Part shown: positions 50,915 through 64,000 of the stretch, one piece after another | Position numbering within the stretch: position 1 is the first letter of the stretch | Layout: every line of letters begins with the position of its first letter | NCBI RefSeq assembly: GCF_003248455.1 | Contig: NZ_QFNM01000008.1 | Span: 3,586 to 67,585, forward strand | From: Brevundimonas sp. | GTDB taxonomy: Bacteria > Pseudomonadota > Alphaproteobacteria > Caulobacterales > Caulobacteraceae | DNA length: 64,000 nucleotides | Reading direction: 5' to 3' | Program-made: the position numbers and the translations under genes | Notes under the pieces: generated by a model | Told to the model about the DNA's origin: nothing | Database searches by the model: none | The model's input: only the letters and a program-made list of their open reading frames with translations

Positions 50915-51469
50915 TCAGGAATAGGTCGGCGACAGCAGATCGATTTCAGGCGTCGGGTCTGCGTCGCCTCCAGCCTTTTCTTCGAACGGCGACCAGGTCT
51001 CGGCCAAGGCCGCAACTGAACCGATGACGCCGGCGTCGGCCTCGGCTTGGCGCAATGCGGTCCAGGACAAAAAGGCCAGCAGCCGCGCGCCATCGCATGG
51101 CTGGCGTTGCATCGCCGTCTCCAGCCACGCCGTTTCTGCGGGCCGGAGCAAAGGCGAAACCAGCCCCGGCGTCGAGAACAGCCGGCGCTCGGTCGATGCT
51201 TTCCTCCATAGAAGGGAGGTCAGGACGTGCGGCGCCTCCGTGATGACGTCCTGGAACCGCGCGACGGCGGCGGGCGCGCCTTCGACGCCGCAAAGGCCGC
51301 CGCCGCCGCTGAAGATCAAGGCGCCGGATAGACCGCCCCGGCGCGCCTTGGCGGAAACGAAACGGCGGATATCCGGCCACGCCGGAGCTTCGGCGTCATG
51401 CTGCAACACGATCACGGCCGCTTCCTGGCTCGCGGCCGGAGAGGCGGGGCAGTGGGATCGCGACGTCAT
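50915..51469 (-). CDS. Hypothetical protein (possible degenerate BLUF-like fold)
   Basis: 184-aa ORF with high GC3. GLSGALIFSGGGGLCGVEGAPAAVARFQDVI resembles the BLUF core GITG.L.YSGG.F.Q.LEG but lacks the conserved Tyr and Gln. Confidence 0.5.
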   Translation of the reverse strand: MTSRSHCPASPAASQEAAVIVLQHDAEAPAWPDIRRFVSAKARRGGLSGALIFSGGGGLCGVEGAPAAVARFQDVITEAPHVLTSLLWRKASTERRLFSTPGLVSPLLRPAETAWLETAMQRQPCDGARLLAFLSWTALRQAEADAGVIGSVAALAETWSPFEEKAGGDADPTPEIDLLSPTYS

Positions 51470-51535
51470 CCGTCATCGCTTAACCGAGCCTAAAATCTGT
51501 TCAACTGCGTGTGACTACGAGGTTCCTCGACGGCA

Positions 51536-52246
51536 TTGGCGCTGTATTCTGGCGATATGCGAACGACGACGAACGCCATGACGGATTCCATGGCGCCAAA
51601 AGACAAGCGCCCCGAAACGGACGCCGACCCGGCCTTCGCTCCAAACAGCCAGGGTGACTCCCGTTTCGAAATCGTCGTGATCGACGACGACGCGCTGATC
51701 CTTGAGGTGACGCTGCTGACTTTCCGCGAGGCCGGGTATTCGGCTGTGGGATTCAGCGATCCGCTGGACGCCCTGATGTGGGCGTCCGACGCCGATCCGA
51801 CGCTGATCGTTGTCGATCTGAAGCTGCCGGGGATCGAGGGACTGGACCTGGTCAGCGCCTTCTGCGCCTTCGGCCGTCATGCGGTGATCTTGGTCAGCGC
51901 CTACGTCGATGTGCTGACGACCGTGGACGCCATGCGGCTTGGAGTCGACAACGTTCTAACCAAGCCCGCCCCGCCCGAGCGTCTCTTGACGGCCGCGGCG
52001 CATGCGTTGGACGCGCTGTCGCGCGCGCCGCGACAGGATCAAATGACCTTCACCCGTCGGGAGCGTCAGGTGGCGGAGTTCATCGTGGCCGGTCGCACCA
52101 CGAAACAGATCGCCCAGGCCCTGGCGCTCAGTCCCCGCACGGTGGAGTTCTTTCGCGCCAGCCTTTTGCGCAAAACCCAGTCCCCCAACTCCGCCGCCCT
52201 GGCCTCGGCCCTGACGCGGCTGGGCTTCGTCGCCACCGACGCTTGA
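51536..52246 (+). CDS. Response regulator, REC + LuxR/FixJ-type HTH
   Basis: VVIDDDA...LIVVDLKLPG...LTKP (REC) and FTRRERQVAEFIVAGRTTKQIAQALALSPRTVEFFR (LuxR HTH). The start is uncertain. Confidence 0.85.
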   Translation: MALYSGDMRTTTNAMTDSMAPKDKRPETDADPAFAPNSQGDSRFEIVVIDDDALILEVTLLTFREAGYSAVGFSDPLDALMWASDADPTLIVVDLKLPGIEGLDLVSAFCAFGRHAVILVSAYVDVLTTVDAMRLGVDNVLTKPAPPERLLTAAAHALDALSRAPRQDQMTFTRRERQVAEFIVAGRTTKQIAQALALSPRTVEFFRASLLRKTQSPNSAALASALTRLGFVATDA

Positions 52247-52249
52247 CGA

Positions 52250-52282
52250 GAACGCATAGAGAACATAGAACAGACGGAGAAC
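52250..52282. promoter_or_regulatory. Two tandem perfect alphaproteobacterial SOS (LexA) boxes overlapping a candidate promoter
   Basis: GAACgcatagaGAACataGAACagacggaGAAC contains two GAAC-N7-GAAC units (52250-52264 and 52268-52282). TTGACGA at 52243-52249 and TAGAAC at 52266-52271 resemble Caulobacter sigma-73 -35/-10 elements. Confidence 0.65.
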
Positions 52283-52303
52283 AGTTGCGAGGTCGGAAAA
52301 GCC

Positions 52304-52399
52304 ATGCCGCGTTTGGTGAGGGATATGTTGTCGCTGGCTTGCTGCGGCGGCTTCGTCTGGATGGTGTGGAGCCTGGCCTTCAGCGTCGCCTCCGCCTGA
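52304..52399 (+). CDS. 31-codon hydrophobic peptide, SidA-like SOS-inducible small membrane protein candidate
   Basis: [31 protein letters not shown]. 28 of 31 codons end in G/C. GAGG lies 10-14 nt upstream of the ATG. The ORF starts 21 nt downstream of the SOS boxes and is not in the >=60 aa ORF track. Confidence 0.5.
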   Translation: MPRLVRDMLSLACCGGFVWMVWSLAFSVASA

Positions 52400-52562
52400 C
52401 GGCGGGGCGACCTCTCAGCTGAAGGCGCTCCTTCTGGATTCCTTCTGGATATCGTCCCCGGCTGGGGACGAACGCGCCTCGCATATGGCCCGCGACGTTC
52501 GGTCGGTGCAGGATGGGGCGCGGGCCTTGCGTCCAGCAAGCGGAGATCCAGTGAACCAGTCG

Positions 52563-56014
<3,452 letters not shown>

Positions 56015-56015
<1 letters not shown>

Positions 56016-56506
56016 TGGTCGGCGGTCTTCTGGCGTTCGCCCTATTTCTGTCTCCGCCGCAGATCGACCCTGCAGCGGCGCAATCCGTCCCAACCCAAGG
56101 CGCCGCCATGTCTCACGCTATCGGAACCTTCGACGTTCAGATCACGCCCATCGCCGCGGAGGCGGACGCGTCTGCCGAGGCGCACGGTCGACTGCGGATC
56201 GCCAAGACCTTTCACGGCGACATCGAAGGAGTCGGTGTGGGCGAGATGCTTGCCGTCCGAGACGGTTCGTCGGGCGCCTATGTGGCCATGGAGCGCGTGA
56301 CAGGGACGATAGACGGTCGAAGCGGCGGCTTCTCGCTCGTTCATCGCGGGATCATGGACGCCGGTGCGCAGACATTGCTGATCACCATCGTTCCCGGGTC
56401 GGGCAGCGGGGACCTGATAGGCGTAAGCGGCGTCTTTCATCTGACCTTAGCTGATGGCGAGCACCGCTACGACCTTGAATACAGCCTGCCCGACACCGCG
56501 CCATGA
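56015..56506 (+). CDS. DUF3224-like protein
   Basis: 163-aa ORF whose start overlaps the dnaE stop. An alternative start is MSHAIG at 56108. The GTFDV...GEM...G.F.L.H pattern is my recollection of DUF3224. Confidence 0.55.
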
Positions 56507-56590
56507 GCGCCGGTTAAAGGCTAAGCTTATGAATTCACGGAACCTCACAGGCGCGTGATGAGTTTGGTCAGTCCATAGGGAGACTGTTCC

Positions 56591-57187
56591 ATGAAATATC
56601 TCGCCATCGCCAGCGTCGCCTCGCTGGCCCTTCTCGCAGCCTGCAACCAGGGCGGCGACAGCGCCGGTCAGAACGCCAACGAAGCGGTCAACGCCACGCA
56701 GGACGCCACCTCCGGGGTCGTCGGCCAGACTTCGGCCATGACCATGGGCGCCAACACCGTCGAAGGTTTCGTCACCGGCCTGGGCGTCAGCAATATGTAT
56801 GAGCTGGAAGCGGCCAAGATCGCCGCCGCCAAATCGACCAACGCCGACGTCAAGGCCCTCGCCGCGATGATCACCAAGGACCACACCGCAGCCGGCGAAA
56901 AGCTGGGAACGGCCGTCGCAGCCGCTGGTCCGAACGTGACCATACCGACCGCCTTGGACCAGCGTCGCCAGGGGCTGATCGACAATCTGAACGCCGCCAC
57001 GCCCGGCGATTTCGACAAGGTCTATCTGAACCAGCAGGTCGCGGCGCATAACGAGGCCCTGACCCTGCTGAACGGTTTCGCAGGCAATACGGACGCGCCG
57101 GCCCTGTCGACCTTGGCCCGCGAACTGATCGCCCCGGTGACGATGCACCGCGATCGCGCTCAGGCGCTGCTGGATGCGATGAAATAG
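56591..57187 (+). CDS. DUF4142-family lipoprotein
   Basis: Lipobox LLAAC. Two repeats of the YELEAAKIAAAKS...KDH / LNQQVAAHNEAL pattern. Confidence 0.7.
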   Translation: MKYLAIASVASLALLAACNQGGDSAGQNANEAVNATQDATSGVVGQTSAMTMGANTVEGFVTGLGVSNMYELEAAKIAAAKSTNADVKALAAMITKDHTAAGEKLGTAVAAAGPNVTIPTALDQRRQGLIDNLNAATPGDFDKVYLNQQVAAHNEALTLLNGFAGNTDAPALSTLARELIAPVTMHRDRAQALLDAMK

Positions 57188-57213
57188 TCGCGTCTTGACA
57201 ACGTGAAGCGGAA

Positions 57214-57241
57214 GGCGGTCTCGGAAGAGGCCGCCTTTTTG
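57214..57241 (+). terminator. Intrinsic terminator
   Basis: GGCGGTCTC-GGAA-GAGGCCGCC followed by TTTTT. Confidence 0.8.
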
Positions 57242-57426
57242 CTGTCGCCCATGCCGCGATCGTGGGGCGGCGCTTGCTATTGCGGCTTATCCCGCCTACA
57301 TGGCCCCCGCATTTCGCAACGCGGGTGAGGCGCGATTCGGGGAGAAATCCCGATTCGCACCATTCCGAGGGTCGCCAGACCTTTAATCCCCCGCGCCACG
57401 TCGATCGGAAAAAGGACTGAACGATC

Positions 57427-58371
57427 ATGGCTCTGCCAGAATTCTCCATGCGCACCCTGCTGGAAGCGGGCGCCCACTTCGGCCACCAGACGCACCGCTG
57501 GAACCCGAAGATGGACCGCTACATCTTCGGCTCGCGCTCGAATATCCATATCATCGACCTGTCGCAGACGATGCCGCTGTTCCACCAAGCCCTGGTGGCG
57601 GTGCGCGACGTCGCCGCCAAGGGCGGCCGCGTCCTGTTCGTCGGCACCAAGCGTCAGGCCTCGGAGCCGGTGGCCGAAGCCGCAAAGCGCTGCGCCCAAT
57701 ACTACATGAACAACCGTTGGCTGGGCGGTACGCTGACCAACTGGCGCACCGTTTCGGGTTCCATCGCCCGCCTGCGTGAACTGGAAGGCATCCTGGAGAA
57801 CGGCGGCGAAGGTCGCGTCAAGAAGGAACTGCTGACCCTGCAGCGCGAGAAGGACAAGCTGGAGCTGTCGCTGGGCGGCATCAAGGACATGGGTTCCATC
57901 CCTGACATCATGTTCGTGATCGACACCAACAAAGAAGCGATCGCGATCCAGGAAGCCCGCAAGCTGAACATCCCGATCATCGCCATCCTGGACACCAATT
58001 CGGACCCCGACGGCATCACCTATCCGGTTCCGGGCAACGACGACGCCGCCCGCGCCATCCAGACCTACTGCGACTTGATCGCCGATGCGGTTCTGGATGG
58101 TCTGGCCGCCGGCGCCTCGGCCTCCGGCATCGATCTGGGCGCTTCGGAAGCTCCGGTCGAGCCGATGTTGCGCGAAGCCTCGGCTCCGGTCGCCGCTGAA
58201 GCCGCTCCGGTCGCCGCTGAAGCCGCTCCGGCCGGCACGGAAGGCGCCGCCGCCGAACTGGAAGCCGCCGCTCAACCGGCCCCCTCCGAACCGGCTGGGG
58301 CCGACGAAGCCGCCCAGGCCGCCACTTCGGAAGCCAACGACGCGGTCGAGACCGAGAAGGCCACGGGCTGA
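57427..58371 (+). CDS. rpsB: 30S ribosomal protein S2 with an Ala/Glu/Pro-rich C-terminal extension
   Basis: [19 protein letters not shown]...[11 protein letters not shown]. 314 aa, compared with ~240 aa for the typical protein. Confidence 0.95.
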   Translation: MALPEFSMRTLLEAGAHFGHQTHRWNPKMDRYIFGSRSNIHIIDLSQTMPLFHQALVAVRDVAAKGGRVLFVGTKRQASEPVAEAAKRCAQYYMNNRWLGGTLTNWRTVSGSIARLRELEGILENGGEGRVKKELLTLQREKDKLELSLGGIKDMGSIPDIMFVIDTNKEAIAIQEARKLNIPIIAILDTNSDPDGITYPVPGNDDAARAIQTYCDLIADAVLDGLAAGASASGIDLGASEAPVEPMLREASAPVAAEAAPVAAEAAPAGTEGAAAELEAAAQPAPSEPAGADEAAQAATSEANDAVETEKATG

Positions 58372-58476
58372 TCGCCCGGCGGTCTTCATAGAGAGGGCCG
58401 TGCATAGAACCGACACACGGCCGGGCCATACAGGTCCGGCCGTTCCGCATACGATACATCCCCCAAGGAGAAGAAC

Positions 58477-59418
58477 ATGGCCGAGATCACTGCCGCCCTC
58501 GTGAAGGAACTTCGCGAGCGTTCGGGCGTCGGCATGATGGACTGCAAGAAGGCGCTGGTTGAGAACAACGGCGACATCGACGCCGCCATCGACTGGCTGC
58601 GCGCCAAGGGTCTGTCCAAGGCCGCCAAGAAGGCCGATCGCGTCGCCGCCGAAGGCCTGGTCGCCGTGGCGTCCAAGGAAGACGGCAAGGGCGAAGTCGC
58701 CGCCGCCATCGAGTTCAATGCGGAAACCGACTTCGTCGCCCGCAACGAACTGTTCCAGAACGCCGCCAAGCAATTCGCCCAGCTGGGCCTCGAGCACCAC
58801 ACGGTGGAGTCCCTGCACGGCGCCGAGCTGGAATCCGGCAAGACGGTCCAGGACGAAGTGACCAACATGATCGCCACCATCGGCGAGAACATGCAACTGC
58901 GCCGCGCCGCCCGCCTGTCGGTGTCGGAAGGCGTCGTCTCGACCTACGTCCACAACGCGGTTTCGCCCGGCGTCGGCCGCATCGGCGTGCTGGTCGCCCT
59001 GGAAGGCGAGGGGGACAAGACCGCCTTGCGCGAACTGGGCCGCAAGATCGCCATGCACGTCGCCGCGACCGCGCCGCTGTCGCTGAACACCGACGACCTG
59101 GACCCGGCCGCCATCGAGAAGGAACGCACCGTCCTGACCGAAAAGGCCAAGGAGGAAGGGCGCCCTGAAGCCATGATCGCCAAGATCGTCGAAGGCCAGA
59201 TCAACAAGTTCCAGAAGGACGTCGTGCTGTCCAAGCAGCCGTTCGTCATGGACCCGGACGTGACCATCGAACAGCTGGTCGCCAACTCGGCCAAGGAACT
59301 GGGCTCCTCGAACCTGCACCTGGCCGGCTTCGTCCGCCTGGCGCTGGGCGAAGGCGTCGAAAAGGTCGAAGGCCCCGACTTCGCGTCGGAAGTCGCCTCG
59401 ATGATGGGCGGCGCCTAA
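58477..59418 (+). CDS. tsf: Elongation factor Ts
   Basis: [19 protein letters not shown]. Confidence 0.95.
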   Translation: MAEITAALVKELRERSGVGMMDCKKALVENNGDIDAAIDWLRAKGLSKAAKKADRVAAEGLVAVASKEDGKGEVAAAIEFNAETDFVARNELFQNAAKQFAQLGLEHHTVESLHGAELESGKTVQDEVTNMIATIGENMQLRRAARLSVSEGVVSTYVHNAVSPGVGRIGVLVALEGEGDKTALRELGRKIAMHVAATAPLSLNTDDLDPAAIEKERTVLTEKAKEEGRPEAMIAKIVEGQINKFQKDVVLSKQPFVMDPDVTIEQLVANSAKELGSSNLHLAGFVRLALGEGVEKVEGPDFASEVASMMGGA

Positions 59419-59545
59419 GCGTCCACCCCCTCATTCGTGAGGGTTTTGTATCAGAAGGGCGCGTTCGGCTTTGATGGCCGGCGCGCCCTTCGTCTATAAG
59501 AAGCCGCCTGATTCAAGGGCGCAGCAGCAAACGGACCCTCCGCCC

Positions 59546-60280
59546 ATGCCCGACGCTCCCTCGAACTTCCGCTACAAGCGCGTCCTGCTGAAGGTCTCGG
59601 GCGAGGTGCTGATGGGCGATCAGACGTTCGGTCTGGACATGAAGACGGTCGATACCGTCGCCAAGGCCGTCGCCGACGTCGCGGCCGAAGGGGTCGAGAT
59701 CTGCCTGGTCATCGGCGGCGGCAACATCTTCCGCGGCCTGTCCAAGGCGGCGGCGGGGATGGAGCGCGCCCAGGCCGACTATATGGGCATGCTGGCCACC
59801 ATCATGAACGCCCTGGCCATGCAGTCGGCGCTGGAGAAGATCGGCGTCTCGACCCGCGTGCAGAGCGCCATTCCGATGGCCGCCATCGCCGAACCCTACA
59901 TCCGCCGCCGCGCCCTGCGTCACCTGGAAAAGGGCCGGGTGGTGATCTTCGCCGCCGGCGTCGGCGCGCCGTTCTTCACGACCGACTCAGGCGCCGCCCT
60001 GCGCGCCGCCGAAATGGGCTGCGACGCCTTGCTGAAGGGCACCAGCGTCGACGGCGTCTATACCGCCGATCCCAAGAAGGATCCGACCGCGACCCGCTAC
60101 GACACCCTGACCTATCAGGATGTGCTGGCCAAGGATCTGCGCGTCATGGACGCCTCGGCCATCGCCATGATGCGCGATACCGGCATCCCCATCGTGGTCT
60201 TCTCGATCCGGGACGACAATTCGCTGCGCCGAACCCTGACCGGCGAAGGCACGTTCACGGTCATTCGGGACGCCGCATAA
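59546..60280 (+). CDS. pyrH: UMP kinase
   Basis: [11 protein letters not shown]...[10 protein letters not shown]. Start chosen at MPDAPS. Confidence 0.92.
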   Translation: MPDAPSNFRYKRVLLKVSGEVLMGDQTFGLDMKTVDTVAKAVADVAAEGVEICLVIGGGNIFRGLSKAAAGMERAQADYMGMLATIMNALAMQSALEKIGVSTRVQSAIPMAAIAEPYIRRRALRHLEKGRVVIFAAGVGAPFFTTDSGAALRAAEMGCDALLKGTSVDGVYTADPKKDPTATRYDTLTYQDVLAKDLRVMDASAIAMMRDTGIPIVVFSIRDDNSLRRTLTGEGTFTVIRDAA

Positions 60281-60322
60281 GGCGTCCGAGCGACCAGGAA
60301 AAAACGAAGAGAGACCAAGAGC

Positions 60323-60880
60323 ATGGCGAAACCCGACCTCAAGACCTACCGCGACCGGATGGACCGCTCCGTCGCCGCCCTGAAGGAAGAGTTCAGCGGC
60401 CTGCGCACCGGACGCGCCAACGCCGGACTGCTGGAGCCTGTCCGCGTCGAGGCTTATGGCTCGGCCTCGCCCCTGACCGCCGTCGCCGCCATCAGCGTGC
60501 CCGAACCGCGCATGATCAGCGTCAATGTCTGGGACAAGGGCATGGTCGGCGCCGTGGAAAAGGCGATCCGCAACGCCAACCTGGGCCTGAACCCCATCGT
60601 CGACGGCCAGACGCTGCGCATCCCCGTGCCGCCGTTGACCGAGGAACGCCGCAAGGATCTGGTCAAGCTGGCCGGCAAATACGCCGAGCAGCAGAAGATT
60701 TCCGTACGCAACGTGCGTCGCGACGCCAACGACGATCTCAAGAAGGCCGAGAAGGCGGGCGAGATCAGCCAGGACGAACAGAAGAAGATGGAGACCGAGG
60801 TCCAGAAGGACACGGACGCGGCCATCAAGCGCATCGACGAGGCCTTGAAGACCAAGGAACAAGAGATCATGCAGGTCTGA
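60323..60880 (+). CDS. frr: Ribosome recycling factor
   Basis: 185 aa; [12 protein letters not shown]...[14 protein letters not shown]. Confidence 0.95.
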   Translation: MAKPDLKTYRDRMDRSVAALKEEFSGLRTGRANAGLLEPVRVEAYGSASPLTAVAAISVPEPRMISVNVWDKGMVGAVEKAIRNANLGLNPIVDGQTLRIPVPPLTEERRKDLVKLAGKYAEQQKISVRNVRRDANDDLKKAEKAGEISQDEQKKMETEVQKDTDAAIKRIDEALKTKEQEIMQV

Positions 60881-60917
60881 GGCGAAACGGCTTGGGCCTG
60901 AAGGGATCGCACGACAG

Positions 60918-61691
60918 ATGACGGCAGACCGCGTCGCGCCTCCCGGCCAACGCCCGGAAGACCTGCGTTCCGAGGGGCCGCGTCATGTCGCCATCATCAT
61001 GGACGGCAACGGGCGCTGGGCCAAGGCGCGGGGCCTGCCGCGCGCGCTCGGCCACCGCGAGGGGGTTCAGGCGCTGAAGCGTACGATCCAGGCGGCGCCG
61101 GATCTGGGCATCCGGTGCCTGACCGTGTTCGGCTTCTCCACCGAGAACTGGAGCCGGCCCGAGGACGAGGTTTCGGACCTGATGGGTCTGGTGCGAACCT
61201 ATGTGGCCAGCGACCTGACGCGGCTGGAAAAGGCGGGCGTGCGTCTGCGCATCCTGGGGCGCCGTGAAGGCCTGCCCGCCGACATCGCCGACATCATCGA
61301 CAAGGCCGAGGCGAAGACGGCGCACAACGAGCGGTTCCTGCTTCAGGTCGCCTTCAACTATGGCGGCCGAGCAGACCTGGTGGACGCCGCGCGTCGGCAC
61401 ATGGCGCGCCTGGCGTCCGGCGAGACGACCGAGCCCCTGACCGAACAGACCTTCGAGGCCGGTCTGGCTACGGCGGGATCGCCGCCCCTGGACCTGATCG
61501 TGCGGACGTCGGGCGAACAACGGCTGTCGAACTTCCTGTTGTGGGAGGCGGCCTACGCCGAACTGGTGTTTCAAGACATTCTATGGCCGGACTACGGTCC
61601 CAAGGCCCTGGCCGAGGCGGTCGCCGCCTATGGCCGTCGCGAGCGTCGCTATGGCGGCCGCGAGGCCGAACCGATGCGTGAAACAGCCTGA
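60918..61691 (+). CDS. uppS: Undecaprenyl diphosphate synthase
   Basis: [13 protein letters not shown]...FSTENWSRP...RLSNFLLWE. Confidence 0.93.
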   Translation: MTADRVAPPGQRPEDLRSEGPRHVAIIMDGNGRWAKARGLPRALGHREGVQALKRTIQAAPDLGIRCLTVFGFSTENWSRPEDEVSDLMGLVRTYVASDLTRLEKAGVRLRILGRREGLPADIADIIDKAEAKTAHNERFLLQVAFNYGGRADLVDAARRHMARLASGETTEPLTEQTFEAGLATAGSPPLDLIVRTSGEQRLSNFLLWEAAYAELVFQDILWPDYGPKALAEAVAAYGRRERRYGGREAEPMRETA

Positions 61692-62509
61692 TGGCGGTCA
61701 AGGGACGCGACATCGCCCTACGCGCCGCTTCCGCCGTCGTCCTGGCGCCGGCCGCCGTGGCCGCGACCTGGGCCGGGGGCGTCTGGTTTCTGGGCCTCAT
61801 GGTGGCGGCCAGCGTGGTCCTGGCGTTCGAATGGGCGGCGATGAGCGCGCCGCACGCCAGGCGCGTCATGGGCGGCGCCGTCAGCTTCGGCGTCGTCGCG
61901 GCCGTGGTCAGCGCACATTTCGGCGTCATGTCGGTGGCCTTCATCATGCTGGTCTTCGGAGCCGCAGCCGCCGGCGTCTACGCGCGCAGCCGGGGGCAGG
62001 AGGCGTTGGACGCCGCCTATGGGGTTCTCTATCTAGGTTGGCCCTCGGTTCTGTTGATCTGGTTGCGCGGCGTGGACAGCCCGGTTGGCCTGCACTGGAC
62101 CGTGCTGGTCTTCGCCGTGGCCTGGTCGGCGGACATCCTGGCCTATCTGGCGGGATCGACCTTCGGCGGCCCGAAGCTGTGGCCGCGCTTTTCGCCCAAC
62201 AAGACCTGGTCCGGCTTCATCGGCGGCATTCTGGCCGGGGCGGTCGCGGGCGCCGTGATGACCGCCTGGGTCGATATGGGCGCTCTGACCGTGGTGTGGG
62301 GCGCCATTCTGGGCTTGGCGGCGGCCTTGGCGACCATGGCGGGCGACCTGTGGGAGTCGGCGCTGAAGCGACGGTTTGGCGTCAAGGACGCGGGCAACAC
62401 CATCCCCGGACATGGCGGGCTGCTGGACCGGGTGGACGGGTTGATGTTCGCCGTCGTCGTGGTGGCGGCCGGGCGTCTGATGGTCCTGATGCTGGAGCAG
62501 GGCGCGTGA
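61691..62509 (+). CDS. cdsA: Phosphatidate cytidylyltransferase
   Basis: SPNKTWSG...[27 protein letters not shown]. Confidence 0.92.
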   Translation: MAVKGRDIALRAASAVVLAPAAVAATWAGGVWFLGLMVAASVVLAFEWAAMSAPHARRVMGGAVSFGVVAAVVSAHFGVMSVAFIMLVFGAAAAGVYARSRGQEALDAAYGVLYLGWPSVLLIWLRGVDSPVGLHWTVLVFAVAWSADILAYLAGSTFGGPKLWPRFSPNKTWSGFIGGILAGAVAGAVMTAWVDMGALTVVWGAILGLAAALATMAGDLWESALKRRFGVKDAGNTIPGHGGLLDRVDGLMFAVVVVAAGRLMVLMLEQGA

Positions 62510-63702
62510 TCCGTCGCCGCGTCACGGTGCTGGGCGCGACCGGATCGGTCGGCTCCTCGACCCTGGACCTGATGGCCCGGGCCGAGGCGTCGGGCGCGGG
62601 CGGTTTCGAGGTCGAGGCCCTGACCGGCGGGGCCAACATCGCCAAACTGGCCGAACAGGCCCGGCGCTGGAAGCCACGATTGGCCGTCACCGCCGATCCG
62701 GCGCGGTTGGAAGACTTGCGGGCGGCCCTGGCCGGGACCGGCGTCGCGGCGGCCGCCGGGGAGGCGGCTGTCGTGGAAGCCGCCACCCGACCCGCCGACT
62801 GGATCATGGCCTCGATCGTCGGCGCCGCGGGGCTGAAGTCGGCCTGGGCGGCGGCGGGGACGGGCGCGACCCTGGCTCTGGCCAATAAAGAAAGCCTGGT
62901 CTGCTGCGGCCCCGCCCTGATCGAACGAGTCGGACGAGCAGGCGGGCGACTGATCCCGGTCGATTCCGAACATTCGGCCATCTTCCAGGTGTTTCCGGCC
63001 GAGGCGCCGGAACGGGTGGCGAAACTGGTGCTGACGGCTTCGGGCGGCCCTTTCCGCCAGACCCCGCGCGAGCGGATGGTCGCGATCACGCCCGAACAGG
63101 CCGTGGCCCACCCGAATTGGAGCATGGGCGCCAAGATTTCGGTCGACAGCGCCACCATGGCCAACAAGGGCCTGGAGATGATCGAGGCGGCCTATCTGTT
63201 CGCCATGCCTCAAGAGCGGATCGAGGTGGTGGTCCACCCCGAATCTATCATCCACAGCCTTGTGGAATATGTGGACGGATCGACCCTGGCGCAGATGGGG
63301 CCGCCGGATATGCGCACCCCCATCGCCTGCGCCCTGGCCTGGCCCGACCGGATCGCCTGGCCGGCGCCGAAGCTGAACCTGGCCGCGCTGGGCCGGCTGA
63401 CGTTCGAGGCGCCCGATCTGACGCGGTTCCCGGCTCTCGATCTGGCGCGCCAGGCGCTGAGGGCTGGGGGCGCGGCGCCCGCCGTGTTCAACGCCGCGAA
63501 CGAGGTCGCGGCCTTCGCCTTCCTTGACCGAAAGCTGGCGTTTCTCAATATTGCCGCAGTCGTCGCCGAAACCCTTGAGCGTGCGACGAAAGCGGGGATG
63601 GTTTTCGGCTCTGGAGACGCCTGCGGCGCGGCCCTGACGGTCGACGCCGAGGCGCGTCGAATGGCCGGATCCGTCATCGCCGGCCTTGCCAACGCGGCCT
63701 GA
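62506..63702 (+). CDS. dxr: 1-deoxy-D-xylulose 5-phosphate reductoisomerase
   Basis: [16 protein letters not shown]...LANKESLV...[14 protein letters not shown] start overlapping the cdsA stop. Confidence 0.92.
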   Translation: MIRRRVTVLGATGSVGSSTLDLMARAEASGAGGFEVEALTGGANIAKLAEQARRWKPRLAVTADPARLEDLRAALAGTGVAAAAGEAAVVEAATRPADWIMASIVGAAGLKSAWAAAGTGATLALANKESLVCCGPALIERVGRAGGRLIPVDSEHSAIFQVFPAEAPERVAKLVLTASGGPFRQTPRERMVAITPEQAVAHPNWSMGAKISVDSATMANKGLEMIEAAYLFAMPQERIEVVVHPESIIHSLVEYVDGSTLAQMGPPDMRTPIACALAWPDRIAWPAPKLNLAALGRLTFEAPDLTRFPALDLARQALRAGGAAPAVFNAANEVAAFAFLDRKLAFLNIAAVVAETLERATKAGMVFGSGDACGAALTVDAEARRMAGSVIAGLANAA

Positions 63703-63729
63703 GGACAGGCCAGGGGAGACGATTTTCGA

Positions 63730-64000
63730 ATGCTGGGCGTCATGGGTCAGATCCTGATCTCCATCGCCTCGTTCCTGCTGGTGCTGACCTTCATCGTCAC
63801 CATCCACGAACTGGGTCATTTTCTGGTCGCGCGCGCGTTCGGCGTGAAGGTGGATCGCTTCGCGGTCGGCTTCGGCAAGGCTGTGTTCAGGCGGACGGAT
63901 CGCCACGGAATCGAATGGCGGCTGGGATGGCTGCCCCTGGGCGGCTATGTGAAGTTCTCTGGCGACCTGGACGCGTCCAGCGTGCCCGATCAGGCCGGGC
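63730..64000 (+). CDS. rseP: RIP zinc metalloprotease RseP (N-terminal part; continues beyond the window)
   Basis: VTIHELGHFLVARAFGV (HExxH) ...LGGYVKF. Confidence 0.88.
   Translation, partial: MLGVMGQILISIASFLLVLTFIVTIHELGHFLVARAFGVKVDRFAVGFGKAVFRRTDRHGIEWRLGWLPLGGYVKFSGDLDASSVPDQAG

Overview
High-GC alphaproteobacterial chromosome; gene order and a SidA-like SOS peptide suggest Caulobacteraceae/Brevundimonas, which is an inference. The window has two parts.

(1) About 1-20.4 kb is a mosaic mobile/defence island whose left end lies outside the window. It carries:
- an XRE regulator and a small serine recombinase with a res-like site;
- a three-gene operon headed by a Shedu-like (DUF4263-type) nuclease;
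- an AlpA-like HTH plus an AEP-primase/SF3-helicase replication module, followed by an iteron-like inverted repeat;
- a truncated umuC remnant;
- a Type III R-M system (Mod+Res) and two orphan small genes;
- a umuD-like/umuC pair in which the UmuD-like protein lacks the Ser/Lys catalytic dyad;
- a NusG paralogue, a YfbU-family protein and several small membrane-anchored orphan proteins.

(2) About 20.5-64 kb is conserved core genome:
- an autotransporter, a GT4 glycosyltransferase, two tandem tRNA-Asp(GTC) genes and an AbgT transporter;
- the complete nuoA-N operon with two interspersed small ORFs;
- birA-coaX-rnj, proS and lolE-lolD;
- a LuxR-type response regulator;
- a double SOS box followed by a 31-codon hydrophobic ORF upstream of dnaE;
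- rpsB-tsf-pyrH-frr-uppS-cdsA-dxr-rseP.

The best candidate for an undescribed system is the translationally coupled Shedu-like + membrane protein + 286-aa protein operon (2291-4694). Secondary candidates are the R-M cassette bracketed by umuC 3' ends, the NusG/YfbU/dead-UmuD/UmuC gene string, and the orphan gene pairs at 14.7-15.4 kb and 19.1-20.3 kb. Many very long ORFs in the track are antisense artefacts of the high GC content. All homology calls come from motif recognition by eye; no searches were run.
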